A DNA stretch of 64,000 bases from Vicugna vicugna (lineage: Eukaryota): contig MU062951.1 of NCBI GenBank assembly GCA_013265495.1, positions 310,001 through 374,000 of the forward strand, in the 5' to 3' direction. The notes beneath the pieces are model-generated. The model was not told where the DNA came from, did not search any database, and saw only the letters and a program-made list of their open reading frames with translations. The translations under genes and the position numbers were made by a program. This document shows positions 26,099 through 37,527 of the stretch, piece after piece. How positions within the stretch are numbered: position 1 is the first letter of the stretch; every line of letters starts with the position of its first letter.

Positions 26099-29000
26099 AT
26101 GTCCGGCGCGGAGGAGNNNNNNNNNNNNNNNNNNNNNNNNNNNNNNNNNNNNNNNNNNNNNNNNNNNNNNNNNNNNNNNNCAGGGCCGGCGGCGGCGCTG
26201 GGCGAGGCGGCGGGGCCCGGGCTCCCAGAGGAGGCTGGCCTGGCCGGAGCCCGGCAGCTGCAAGAAGCGGCCGGCGACCCCGACGCGCCGCCCAAGAAGC
26301 GGCTACGGGCGGCCGAGGCGGCCGAGGCGGCGGCGGCGGCGGCGGCGGCGGGCAGCGGGAAGCTGGAGGAGCGGCTCTACTCGGTTCTGTGCTGCACGGT
26401 CTGCCTGGACCTTCCCAAGGCCTCCGTGTACCAGGTAGGGCCGCCGGCCCGACCCCGACCCGGCCCGGCTCCAGCCCCGCCGCGGCCGGCCCCCAGGCAC
26501 CGCGTCTCCTCGGAGGCCAGGCCCGAGCCCTGGGGCCCAGCGGTGCGACTCTGGTGCTTATTCGGAAGCTCCTCATTCTCTTCCTCTCAGGACTTTCTTG
26601 TTTCTTGTTCGGAACCCTATTTTTTTCTTGTTTGACTCCCATTATTTCCTGAGATGCCTCTTCTCTTTTCAGGTCCCCTGCTGGCCCCTCCTCAGCACTC
26701 TCCAGTCCTCACGCTGACCCCAGGGAAAGCTGGTGACACATCCCCACGCTCCTCCCCACCCTCCCCACCTCCGGGCGTGACCCCCTCATTCCTGAGCTCC
26801 TGGGCTCTAGGAGCCCTGGTCTTCCCTCTTCATCAAGAGCTGCTTTTCTCTTCCTTGGCATACACACCTCCCAAACGTGTTCTCGTGCGCATTCTGTACC
26901 CTTTTATTCTCGGGGGCAGAAGGACCTGCTTCACCTTGCCATTTCTTTCCAGAAGAACGTTGAAAATGTAGGGAAATACCTCTTTTCCTGCCCTTTCCCT
27001 TCATTCCTGGTCTGGATGAACCATTTGCATCAAGCCCCCCAGCTTGGGTCCCTTCTCCAGCCCCAGCACAGTCCAGCTCCTTCTGGGCATGCTGGGCCTC
27101 GGGCTAGGCTCCTGTCACATCCCACCTCACCCTGGCCAGACCTGTCTTCCCGGGCTACCAGTGCTTCAGGAGGTCTGTCCACTTTCCTTCTATATGAAGG
27201 TCCAGCATGGTGGCTGGACTCAGAGTCCTTAACCCACTCGGGGCCGTCGGAGGGGGTGTTTGGTCCAGGTTGCTCTTCCGTGTGCACCATATAGCCACAG
27301 GGGCCACACTCTGGTCCCAGGGCCAGTGTGCAGTGTCCTGCCTTCTCTGTTGTCTGTCTCCAGCTCAGTCTCTCCATCTCTGATAACCCTTCCCTCCAGA
27401 GCCCCTTAGAAGAATGAAACAATACCCTATCACCTTTCTTTGCATTTATAGAAGTTGGGCACGGCTGTTGAAGCCTTGTTCCTCTCTTATACTCACATTG
27501 GGGGCTGTGAGTGAGAGAGACCTGTTGTAAACAGCGCAGAGTTAGTCTGGATTGCCCTTTCCCCAGCCTCTGGATCTTCAGACCCGTCCCACTCTGGTAT
27601 AAGGTGGCTTGCTCAGGAGGCTTCCAGTGCACCTGGGTGATGGAGAGAGGAAGGAAGGGGCATGGGCGGGGAAGTGGGTTGAGTTCCTTGGAGAGAAGAC
27701 ACAGGCTCTCAACCTGCCCCCCTGTGCTTTGGGACGCTCCTGGCCAGAGGCCTCCTGGCCCAGCATGATAGGGGTAGGGCTTCTCATAATGCCTTATGGA
27801 TGCCCCTGAGAACTTGTCCTTTCTCTGGCTTCTTTTTTCCTTGCCCATGATCCTGCCAGGTGGAAGAAATCTTTCTTGGGCCTTGGATGAGAATCTAGGA
27901 AGCCAAGCTAGTGGTTGCAGGGTGGGTGGCATAGGGGAATTGGGGTTCTCCTCATCTCCCCTCCTGTGAGTGGATTGGAGCTGGACCTGACATGATAACA
28001 GGCCATGTGGTGCCGGCTCTTGGGCCGCTCAGCACAGAGAGCTGCAGCTTTGCCTCTGGAGCTGTGGTGACTGGGCCTCTGAGCCTGGCTGGTTTAAACC
28101 GGCCCGCACTGAGCTGGGAGCTGAGCTCAGACTGGAGGCAGGCGGCTGAGCAGCTGTGATGGAGAGTGAAGGCGCTGGGGCCACCTGACCCATGGCCTCT
28201 CTCATGGCCTCGTGGGCTCTGCATAGTGGCTTCCCTGGGAATAGGCCTGCTGAGTGAAGAGAGCCCACTGGTGCTGAGCTGTGGGTTCTGGCACCGGCCT
28301 CTGCCCCACTCGGGGCCTTGGCGAGGGGTTGCTCCCCTCTCGTTTCCAGAGGCTTGGAAAAAGCTTTAGAACGTTTGACCAGCAGGAGAGCCCTCAGTTC
28401 TGGAAGGGTTGGCTGGAGCCCTGCTATGAGGCAGAACTCACTTGGGCTGCTGGAAGACCTGCCACGGGTCAGGGCCACGTAGGTTGTGGATGCTCTGCCG
28501 TGCCTGTGCTGGAGCCTGGGTGTGAGGGGCCTGAGGGAGGGCTGGGGGAACAAGGGAAGGCCTCTCAGTGGCTCCCTGCTGCATGCAGTGTTCTGTTTCA
28601 CCATCCCTGCCAACCTGGTTGGGGACGTGAGGGCGGGGGTCGGGATGGACCTGGAGGCCCGCACCACTGCCTGGTTGCCATCAAAGCTAGGTTTGCTCCC
28701 GGGAGGATCAGGTCAAGGATGGCATGGGCTCCACTGCCGGCCATCACTCCTTGGCCTGGGCTCAGCCCCTCCACTTCTGCTGGCGTCCTCTGGTGAGTCA
28801 TGTGAACTGGTTGTCTGTGGTGGGCTGGCCTCAGGATGTGGTGTGTTTTGCTCTCTGTTCCTACTGGCAACGGTTTGCCTGACCCCACCAGGACATGCGG
28901 CTCAGGGCGGGCAGCAGCCATGCCGTGCATCTGAGGGCAGTTTCAGATGGTGCTCAGTTATAGGGTGAGGGGAAGAGCCAGTGGCCATGCTGAGCCCTGT

Positions 29001-32000
29001 GTACTGTGCCTGGCACTGGGGCCGAGGGAGACAACTCTCTGGGCCTCTGGGGGTGGCTGGGTGCATAGTTAGCTTGAGAGCTTGCTGTCTGGCCCCCAGA
29101 CACCACCCTGTGCCTCCAGGGCAGCCTTCGCGAGGTGAAGCAGACATGGCTGCACGGTTGGGCTTGTTCCCCTACGCCCTAATCCGAGCCCCTGGCCCCA
29201 CGGTGTCGGCTCCCCACATGCCGTGCACATCACACCACCTGGGTTGGGAAACTGTCTCTGGGGTCAGACCAGGGCACTCATGCAAATGGTTCTTCCAGTG
29301 GCCTGTGTTAGGTCAGGCTTGGTCAGGACTACAGCAGGCACAGCAGGTGTTGGCTTTGATGTTCTCCGTGTGGGTGTTAGGTATGTCCTTGATGACTGGC
29401 CTGACAAGGTCTGCAGCCACCTTCCAGAGTCTTGGGTGGGCATGCAGCAGGCTACCAGGCAGCGGTAGGAAGGCTGGAGTTGTGGCAGGGACACTCAGAC
29501 AGGAGTTCAGTGCTGGAGCAGTTGGTGGGCAGCTTGTACTGGCCCCTGTTCTGAATGCAGGCAGTGTGATCTGGTTCCTCTGCCTTCTTTAGGGGAGGCC
29601 CAGCCTCAGTTGATGGTGCCTGAAGTGTTGCAGCCACAGCCTGATCCCTGACACTGACACCCCTCCCAAGCTCTCTCCCAGCCCTTCACACAAGGCCCAA
29701 TGTGTCTTCCATGAGACAAACCTGGCCTTGACCCTACTGGTGTCAGCCGAGGCTATGAGCTGTGGTCCAGACTCTCCCACCCCGACCTAGTTCTCAGCCA
29801 GGAAAGCTCCTTGTGACACCCATCAGTGGAGGAGTAGTCAGGGTTTCTCTGTCATAGAATGTGGCACCAACTGGCCTTCCGGCCCCTCTGCCCACCGCTC
29901 CTGGGCTCAGACCTGGGCCCTGCCCCTCCAGCCCATTGATCCTGTGCCTTTTCTGCCCAGTGCCCTCTCCCTTTCCCTGCCCACTCTGTCCTCTTCCTTG
30001 TGGCCCCAGTGAGGTGCTGTGGTGGTCTTTTCTCCTGGCTTCAGGATACCTGTCCCATCCTACCAGCCTGGGGCACTTGCCACTGTGCCCAGTGGGAGGA
30101 TTGGGGATGACCTACTGTACCTCCCACCCCTAAGGTCCCTTCCCCCCAGGACTCGGCTCAGCCCGTTGGGCTGGTTACCTGATCGGCAGTCACATTGGTA
30201 AAAGGCCCAGAAAGCAGAGGAGGCCCTGGCCAATGTGGGCACATGCCTTGGGGAGCCTCCAAGCACACTTTCTTGGCGTCTGTCAGCCTGCCTGATACTG
30301 CGGGCTCCGGTCAAAGTGATGTTTAAGAAATCTCTGATGGGGCTGCCCACCCACAGGACCTGGAATCCTCTTCCCCAGCTCCGAGACTATGGCTGGCTCA
30401 TGCTTTGAGATGAAAAAGGTAGCAGAAAAGAGCTTTGAAAATGTATTTGCTTAACTATCCAAAACAAGGACAGAGAGGAGAAATTTTCTGGACTCTGGCT
30501 AGAGGAGAAGTGTCTTTGTGGTGGATGTTTGTCATTTGAGTTACCTTTCAATCTGGGCAGCACTTAGGTCCTGAGCAAGAACCTGACTCTGCAGGTTTGA
30601 CTGGTCCCCACCCAAGTCCTGGCCCTCCGGGTGGCGTGACATGAGAACCACTGGCCCAGGACTTCACACTCAAAACCTGTGCAGGGTTGGAGTCCTGGCT
30701 TCAGCTGAGATAGCCGTGCATCTTGGACACTGCATGGTCCCTTCTTGGTTCCTTAATGAAAGAAGGAGGTTGAGGAAACCTCGGGCTGAGCATGCAGAGT
30801 GTGGGATGCCATGCGGCCCTCTTGGGCCTCGTGACGGGGGAACTCCCCCTGGGCTGAGGGGCACTGTTGGGGTTGGTGCCCTCAGCTGTGCTGTGAAGGG
30901 CAGGCTGCTCATGTGGGTCTGGGCACGGAGCCTTCCTTTAGTGATAAAGAGTAGAGTATGGGGGGGAGCAGGGTCTGAGGCATTCCAAGCCTGAAAGGCC
31001 TACTGATTGAGGACCTGGCCCCCAGAAGCTGGGGACATTTTCTAAGAACTGCTTTTGTCCCAAGACCTGATGGCTAGGGCTCCTCCTCAGGAGTCCAGAT
31101 GATTCAGCTCCCGCAGGGGAGAAGCTGGTTCAGATGGAGACTCCGGGCACGCACAGCCTGGGTGTCCATTAGCTGCCTGTGGCCAGGCAGACAGAGGGAC
31201 TGCTGGGTGATGTCCTATGCGGGCAGGTACAGATGCCCACTTCTGGGCCATTTGCAGAGGGGCTTGGCTGGGGCTGGAGAACCCAAGGGTAGGGGGGTGT
31301 TGTTGAAATCATAGACTTGTGCCTGGAGTTCTTTCTGAGGCTCTGCAAGCGGGGGGGATCTGCTGGGTGATTACCAGGGAGGACAGTGGCCCTGTGCCCT
31401 CTGTGTGCTAGGGGCCAAGCTGCAGTGCTGCTTACATTGTCCCATCCCACCTCTTCAGCACGTAATAAGACTGGTCCTGTCCTCGCTGCTGTTTGTGCGT
31501 GAGAAAGTTGAAGGTCTGTTAGGAAGGTGACCAGCCTGAAGTCATGCTGCTGGAGACCTGTGGGTCTAGCCAGCATCTGTGCTTGGAGGGCCTGGAAGGC
31601 CCTGCAATGTTGTCCTGGGTTGTGGAGCCCCTCTCCCTACTCCTCCCTGTCACAGGGGTCTTCCCGCAAGGCGGTGGGAAGATAGCCTGGCCTGCACGGC
31701 AGGACCTGCTCTCAGGGGCCCAGGCTCTTGGGGGCTTGGCCCTAGCGTCTAGTAGGGCACTCGGGCCTGCCCTGGCTGGTGCTGTCCATCAGAGGCTTGG
31801 TGTGCGACTGGTGCCAGGCAGAGTTTTCTAGGGCCCAGCTTCTGGCTGGGCAAATCGGGGCAGGTACTAGGGCAGGACTGTACCGTCCAGCCCAACCTCT
31901 GCAGGGATGGCTCTGTGCTGCCCTGGGCTAGGTCTGCATTGCAGAGTTGGGTCTTGCTTGGGAGGCCAGGGGGCCTGGCTGGTGGGGAAGGCTACTGAGT

Positions 32001-35000
32001 ATGGTGACTATCTACTATGGACAGATCACCTGGGCTGGGTGTCTGCTGGGGCCATGGCAGCCACCTGGTGACCACCCAGAGAGCGTCCCTTGCAGGGCTG
32101 GTAAGGGTGAGCTGCACGTGGACGTTAGCTGGTCCCTCCCGCCAGACTGGCAGCACTCGGGGCATCTTGCTTGTTCACCACGTTCCGACGCAGAGCTGAG
32201 CTGCTGGGGCTGAAGGCGCAGTGACCCTGCCTCTCCCTGGAGTCCAGGGGAGGGCAGGTGCCATATTACCTGAGCCTTTGTTGGGTCTGGAGGCTCCTAG
32301 AGGCTCGGTGGGGCCTGGCCCAGGAGCTTGGGTGTCCCTGCAGCCCCCAGGCTCTAAGGAGAGGCCTGGCAGGTGGGGTACCCAGTCCACTCCAGAGCAG
32401 TGGGCTTTCAGGGCAGTGCTGGGAGGTCAGCAGTCACACATTCGGCTGCCTCTGGGTCCCCTCAGGAGGTCCCTGGACTCCATCCCAAGTCTCCCTTCCT
32501 CAGGCCCAGGGCCTGGCTGGGCCACCTGGAGACAGGAGAGACCCCATGGGTCAGGCCCTGCCTGGGCAGTATCTCATCAAGAGGCATGTAGAACTGGAGC
32601 TGGCCACGCGGAACAGTGGGGGGTCCCCAGGCCCTGGTGGGGGTGTCTGAGTGTCCGTGTCCTGCGGGCCCTGGCACGGTTCTTGGTGTCCTGCCTGGCT
32701 TCCTCACTGGGACTTCACCAGGCAGCAGGTACTACTTCCTTCCCTGCCTTATAGAAGCTGTAGTTGTAGCCCTTGCTTTGCCTCTGTCCCTTGGCCAGGG
32801 CTCTGAGAGGAGGTATGACCGGGGCTCTTGTTCTGTACCTCCCACGGGGCGGCAACAGGCTCTGGTGTCCATGTCCCTTCCCCTCCGAGTCTCTGGCTTC
32901 TCCACTGACCTTCAGGGTGGGACGGGATAGGCTGCTTTCCTCCCTGACCGCTCTCAGAACCAGCCTCACTCCCCCACCTTAGCCAGCCTGTGTGTCCAGA
33001 CCTGGCGCTGGTTGGCCCCTCCTCTATGCTCTTCCTTCAAGCCTGAGCCAGCCAGCTCACCTTCCTCCTCTTGTACGTTTTCAGTTTTGAACTGACTTAG
33101 AAATTGAGATTTGAGTGCAGCTAGACTGTGGCATTTGTGCAGATGTGGCTTCTGTGAATGAAGCCTTTGTCCCCAGCCCCGAATTCCCACTATCGGTCTT
33201 CAGCACACAGGTCACATCCCTCACTAGACCCCAGGCACAGCCCATGGGTGCTGAGAGCTCACTCAGCCTCCTCCAGCCCTCAGCTCAGGGTGCGCGGACC
33301 CCTGAGGCAATGGGGTGGAAGCTGGTGTATTCAAGGCCCCCATCATGTACGGGCTTGGCCAGGCAGTGGCCCGGTGAGTCTCTCTGCCGCCCTGTATCCC
33401 ACTCAGAAGGGTCCTGGGCCCCGAGGAAGTCTGTAGCCCAGTGGCTTTCTGGAGGTTTGCATGGCCGGTGGGGCCTGTGGAAGCATGGCCTGCCTGCTCA
33501 CCAGTCTCCCAGTGGAGATCTCCCAGTGGAGTGCCCTCAGTGGGTTCCTGCACATCCCTCCCAGGACTCCCTGGGCTCTGTGAGACCCCTGTGCCTGCCC
33601 CTCTTCACCAGCCCCTGGGGTGGACCTGGGGGAACTGTCTACCCCAGGGGAAACTTGGCTCAAGCCTTTGCTCTTGCACCTCTTGTTCCCATGGGGGGCT
33701 CTCCTCCCCCAACCCTGTCAGCCCCTGCGGGGCCAGGCCCACTGCCCCTGGATGTCTCCCAACAGCACCAGGTAGGTGCTCAGGGGGTGTGTGTGGACAG
33801 TGAGACACCCTGGGTAGCTAAGCTGGCAGCCTGTTATCCCCACGGGCCAGGACCCCCAGCCAGAGTGTACGGGCAGCAACACCCCCTGCCTGCAGCCCCC
33901 ATCCCCACCTCCCACAGGCAGGCCCTGCCCACGTGCCCTCGTCCTGGGTTTCCCCACCTGCCACAACAGGGAACCAGCCTCACTGGGTAGGTGCAGCTGG
34001 CTTCTCACCTGTGCTGGCCGGGGAGGCCGATATGGAGGGGTCAGGCTGGGGGTTGACCTGAGCCAGGGAGGGGGTGTAGGAAGAGTCTGCTGCCCACTCA
34101 GCTGTGTGCTGAGGGCCACTGCCATGCCTGGCTGAGTGCCCCCATTCCTGTAGATGTCTCCGTCAGGCTCTGTGGGGGACTCCTGGCCCCAGGATGGGAA
34201 AAGGCCAGGCCCCCAGCCCCAGTGTGCTTAAAGCAGTCTCCGCCAGTGGGCCTGCCTTTATGAAGGGCTGTAACCTCTGCAAGCCGACAAGGGCCACCCT
34301 CGAGACACCCCTTCCACCGGGGCCCCACTGGCTGAGCCTGCAGCACTCCAGGAGAGAGGCCTGGCTCTCCTGTCAAACACCTGCGCACCTGGGGCCCTTC
34401 ATGCAGTTGGAGCCCTGGGCCGGCCAGCGGAGGGTGGGGAGGAGGGGGCGCGTGCGGCTGTGCAAGTCCCGCAGGTCTGTGAGCTTCATCTCCCTTTCCT
34501 TCTTCGCAGTGTACTAACGGTCACTTGATGTGCGCTGGCTGTTTTATCCACCTACTAGCAGATGCCCGGCTGAAGGAGGAGCAGGCCACGTGCCCCAACT
34601 GTCGTTGCGAGATCAGCAAGAGCCTCTGCTGCCGCAACCTGGCCGTGGAGAAGGCCGTGAGTGAGCTGCCCTCCGAGTGTGGCTTCTGCCTGTGCCAGTT
34701 CCCCCGCTCCCTCCTGGAGAGGCACCAGAAAGAGGAGTGCCAGGACAGGTAACTGGCAGATCCTTCCATGCCCGCAGCCTGGCGACAACCTTGCAGGACT
34801 GGCCACGTGAAGCTGCTCAGAGCCTGGGCCGATGGGGGTGGTGGGCACAAGGCCCCCCAGAACAGCACTGGGATCTGTAGCTAGTGTGTGTCTGGACATT
34901 ACCCTGGCCCTCCAGGGTTCTTCCTGGCAGTGTGGTGGCCTCTTAGACACTGTCCTTGCATTCTTGGGCCAGGAGAGCATGGGTGGCACAGGCGCTCTGG

Positions 35001-37527
35001 GAGCGAGTTGTGAGGCCACACTGGCACCCCTGCCTGGCTGGTGGACACTGCTGCCTGCCGGCAGGGCCCAGCTGCCAAGCCACACGTGGACCAGAGCAGT
35101 GTGGGCCCCACCATGGTCAGTGGCAGCTGTCGCCAAGCAGGAGAGAGACTTCACGATGCAGCTCCCACACGCTCCTTCTCAGTCTCTGCCCCACGTGCTC
35201 TGAGCCCTTCCCGGGGTGGCACACAGGGACTGTGCCCTTCAGGGGAGGTTTGTGAGAGCAGGGCTGGGTGGAGGCCCCCCCTTTGGAGGACCCCTGGGCG
35301 CAGCCACCTACCATGGGGCGCAGGCGTGACCACCGTGCTTGCCTCCTCCCCAGGGTCACCCAGTGCAAGTACAAGCGCATCGGCTGCCCATGGCATGGCC
35401 CTTTCCACGAGCTGACGGTGCATGAGGCCGCGTGCGCCCACCCAACCAAGACGGGCAACGAGCTGATGGAGATCCTGGACGAGATGGACCAGAGCCACCG
35501 CAGGGAGATGCAGCTGTACAACAGCATCTTCAGCCTGCTCAGCTTTGAGAAGATCGGCTACACAGGTGAGGGCCGCCGCCCACTGCAAACCACACAGGTC
35601 GGGGTGGGGCCCGGCCGCCAGGGGCATGGGGGAGAGCAGGCTCCGGGCAGTGGGCACAGTTGTACCAGGTGGACAGGCTCCGCTGCAGGGGAGAAGGTGG
35701 GCTGGAGGCTGGGCGGGGAAGGGGCCACCAGGACCCTTGGGGGCAGCTGCATGGCTCTCACAGAGGCCCCTCCCCCTGTCCTCCCAACCCCAGCCCTGCC
35801 ACCCCAGCAAGGCGGTGTCCTTATTGCGTGGGGCAGCACAGCCTTGGGACGGTCAGGGTCTGACCAGGAAGTGAGTGTGTCTTGTGGGGTCTGGGAGCTG
35901 GGGGCCCGCCCCTTGGAGCCAGGGGCAAGAAGAGTACTTGACGTCACGTCCTGCCTACAGGCGGTTACTGCAGTGGCCGTGGGCCTCCTGAGGCCAGCGA
36001 GAAGACAGTCAGGGCCAGGGCTCCAGAACGAGCCGAGGGTCCCCAAGTCGAGCTGCAGAGCTGGGTGTGGACGCCCTGGGATGGGCAGGCTGGACTGCAC
36101 CCAGGCCCACTGGATCTCTTGGGCTCTCCTGGCCACCACCACTGCCTTTGGACACGCTGGGGAGCAGGAGTCAGGCCAGAAGCTGGTCTAGACACAGAGA
36201 ACAGCAAGAAGCACCTGCTGTCGCTGGAGCTGCTGGGGGTATTCTGGTCCTCTCCTGCCCAGCCCACGCCAGGCGGCCGGCTCAGAGCATCAAGGGCAGC
36301 CACAGGCAGCAGTCACACCATGCTGCCTGGACTGGGCCTGGCGAGGTGTAGGCCTGTGTAGGCCCCACAGGCTGAGGGCCTGGGGCCTCAGCAGCAAAAG
36401 GCCACGGCCCCTGATTAGTCGTAGCCTCAGCCATCCTGGTGGGCAGCGTATCACAGACAGTCCAGGCCAGGCCTCGAGGGTCCGGGCAGGCCGAGGCATC
36501 GTGACTGCAATGGCAGCCGGGCAGAAACAACTGGCCATCTCCGTGGAGTGACTCGCAGGCCATGGGCCGTGCTGAGAGGACAGTGTGACAGCAGTCGCCC
36601 ACTGACGGGCGGGCCTGCGGCCGGCTGGCAGAGCCCAGCATTGGGCCAGACACTGGCACTCCGCCTCACAGCCCAGCGCAGGCTTGGGTGCCACGCGCCA
36701 GCCCTCCTGCCGGCTTTTCTGGCAGCTCTGTATCAGAACCAATAAAGTGCACTTGTTCTCAGAACTGCATCCTGTCTGTGTGTCTGCTTACCCACGCCCC
36801 TGGGGCGGGGCCTCTCCCTCTGCTGGGCCTTGAGGGGTGGCAAGGAGGGACGCCAGTAGGGGCCCGGCAGGGCCAGCCGCTCACCTCTTGCAGCCTCTGG
36901 ACTCCATGCAGCTAATGCGTGTCACTTCTGTTTATAGTCGTTTCCCCCAAGCTTGTGTGCGCCTCCGTTTGCCATAATCGCGTTTGACTTGCCTTGTGCC
37001 AAGTAGAGCGCATGGTGTCCTGGTAAGTTGCCTTCCTCCCTGGCTGAGCCTGTGTTCTCAGCTGGTCGGGAAGGCGCCACCACCCGGCCCTGCCCGCTCT
37101 GACTGCCGGCCCTCCCGGCCTGTCTGTCTCCACAGAGGTCCAGTTCCGGCCCTACCGCACGGATGACTTCATCACGCGCCTGTACTACGAGACGCCGCGG
37201 TTCACGGTGCTGAACCAGACGTGGGTCCTGAAGGCACGTGTGAACGACTCGGAGCGCAACCCCAACCTGTCCTGCAAGCGCACGCTCTCCTTCCAGCTGC
37301 TCCTCAAGAGCAAGGCCACGGCGCCGCTGGAGTGCTCCTTCCTGCTGCTCAAGGGCCCATATGACGATGTGAAGATCAGCCCCGTCATCTACCACTTCGT
37401 CTTCACCAACGAGAGCAACGAGACGGACTACGTGCCGCTGCCCATCGTCGACTCCGTGGAGTGCAACAAGCTGCTGGCCGCCAAGAACATCAACCTGCGG
37501 CTCTTCCTGTTCCAGATACAGAAGTAG
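26099..37527 (+). CDS. ZFTRAF1: Zinc finger TRAF-type-containing protein 1 (CYHR1), 4 coding exons, about 392 aa (exon 1 spans an N gap)
   Basis: Exons 26099-26434, 34510-34748, 35354-35565 and 37136-37527; GT-AG, phases 0/2/1 consistent. RING (CTVC...[11 protein letters not shown]...CPNC), Cys/His zinc fingers, C-terminal beta-rich domain ending [19 protein letters not shown] at 37873-37878. Confidence 0.94.
26117..26180. other. Assembly gap (64 N) inside GC-rich ZFTRAF1 exon 1
   Basis: Run of n's. The frame on both sides is compatible with the stated gap length. Confidence 0.99.
26327..26350 (+). repeat. Pure (GCG)8 coding for poly-Ala in ZFTRAF1 exon 1
   Basis: Direct read; translates AAAAAAAA after the PPKKRLR NLS-like motif. 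Confidence 0.9.

Larger units (their letters stand above)
25450..26540 (+). promoter_or_regulatory. CpG-island promoter of ZFTRAF1 (CCAAT boxes, E-box, YY1)
   Basis: ATTGG at about 25773 and CCAATTGG at about 25813; CTCACGTGAC 25831-25840; AAGATGGCGG 25903-25912. Confidence 0.75.

Noticed and set aside
25350-26642. Several 140-390 aa ORFs on both strands over the ZFTRAF1 CpG island
   Set aside because: Arg/Gly/Ala/Pro-rich GC shadow frames spanning an N gap; only 26099-26434 is supported by splicing and homology.
27030-33990. Long ORFs in ZFTRAF1 intron 1 (300 aa at 27030-27932, 212 aa at 28029-28667, 291 aa at 33115-33990)
   Set aside because: No recognisable domains; composition typical of random GC-rich frames.
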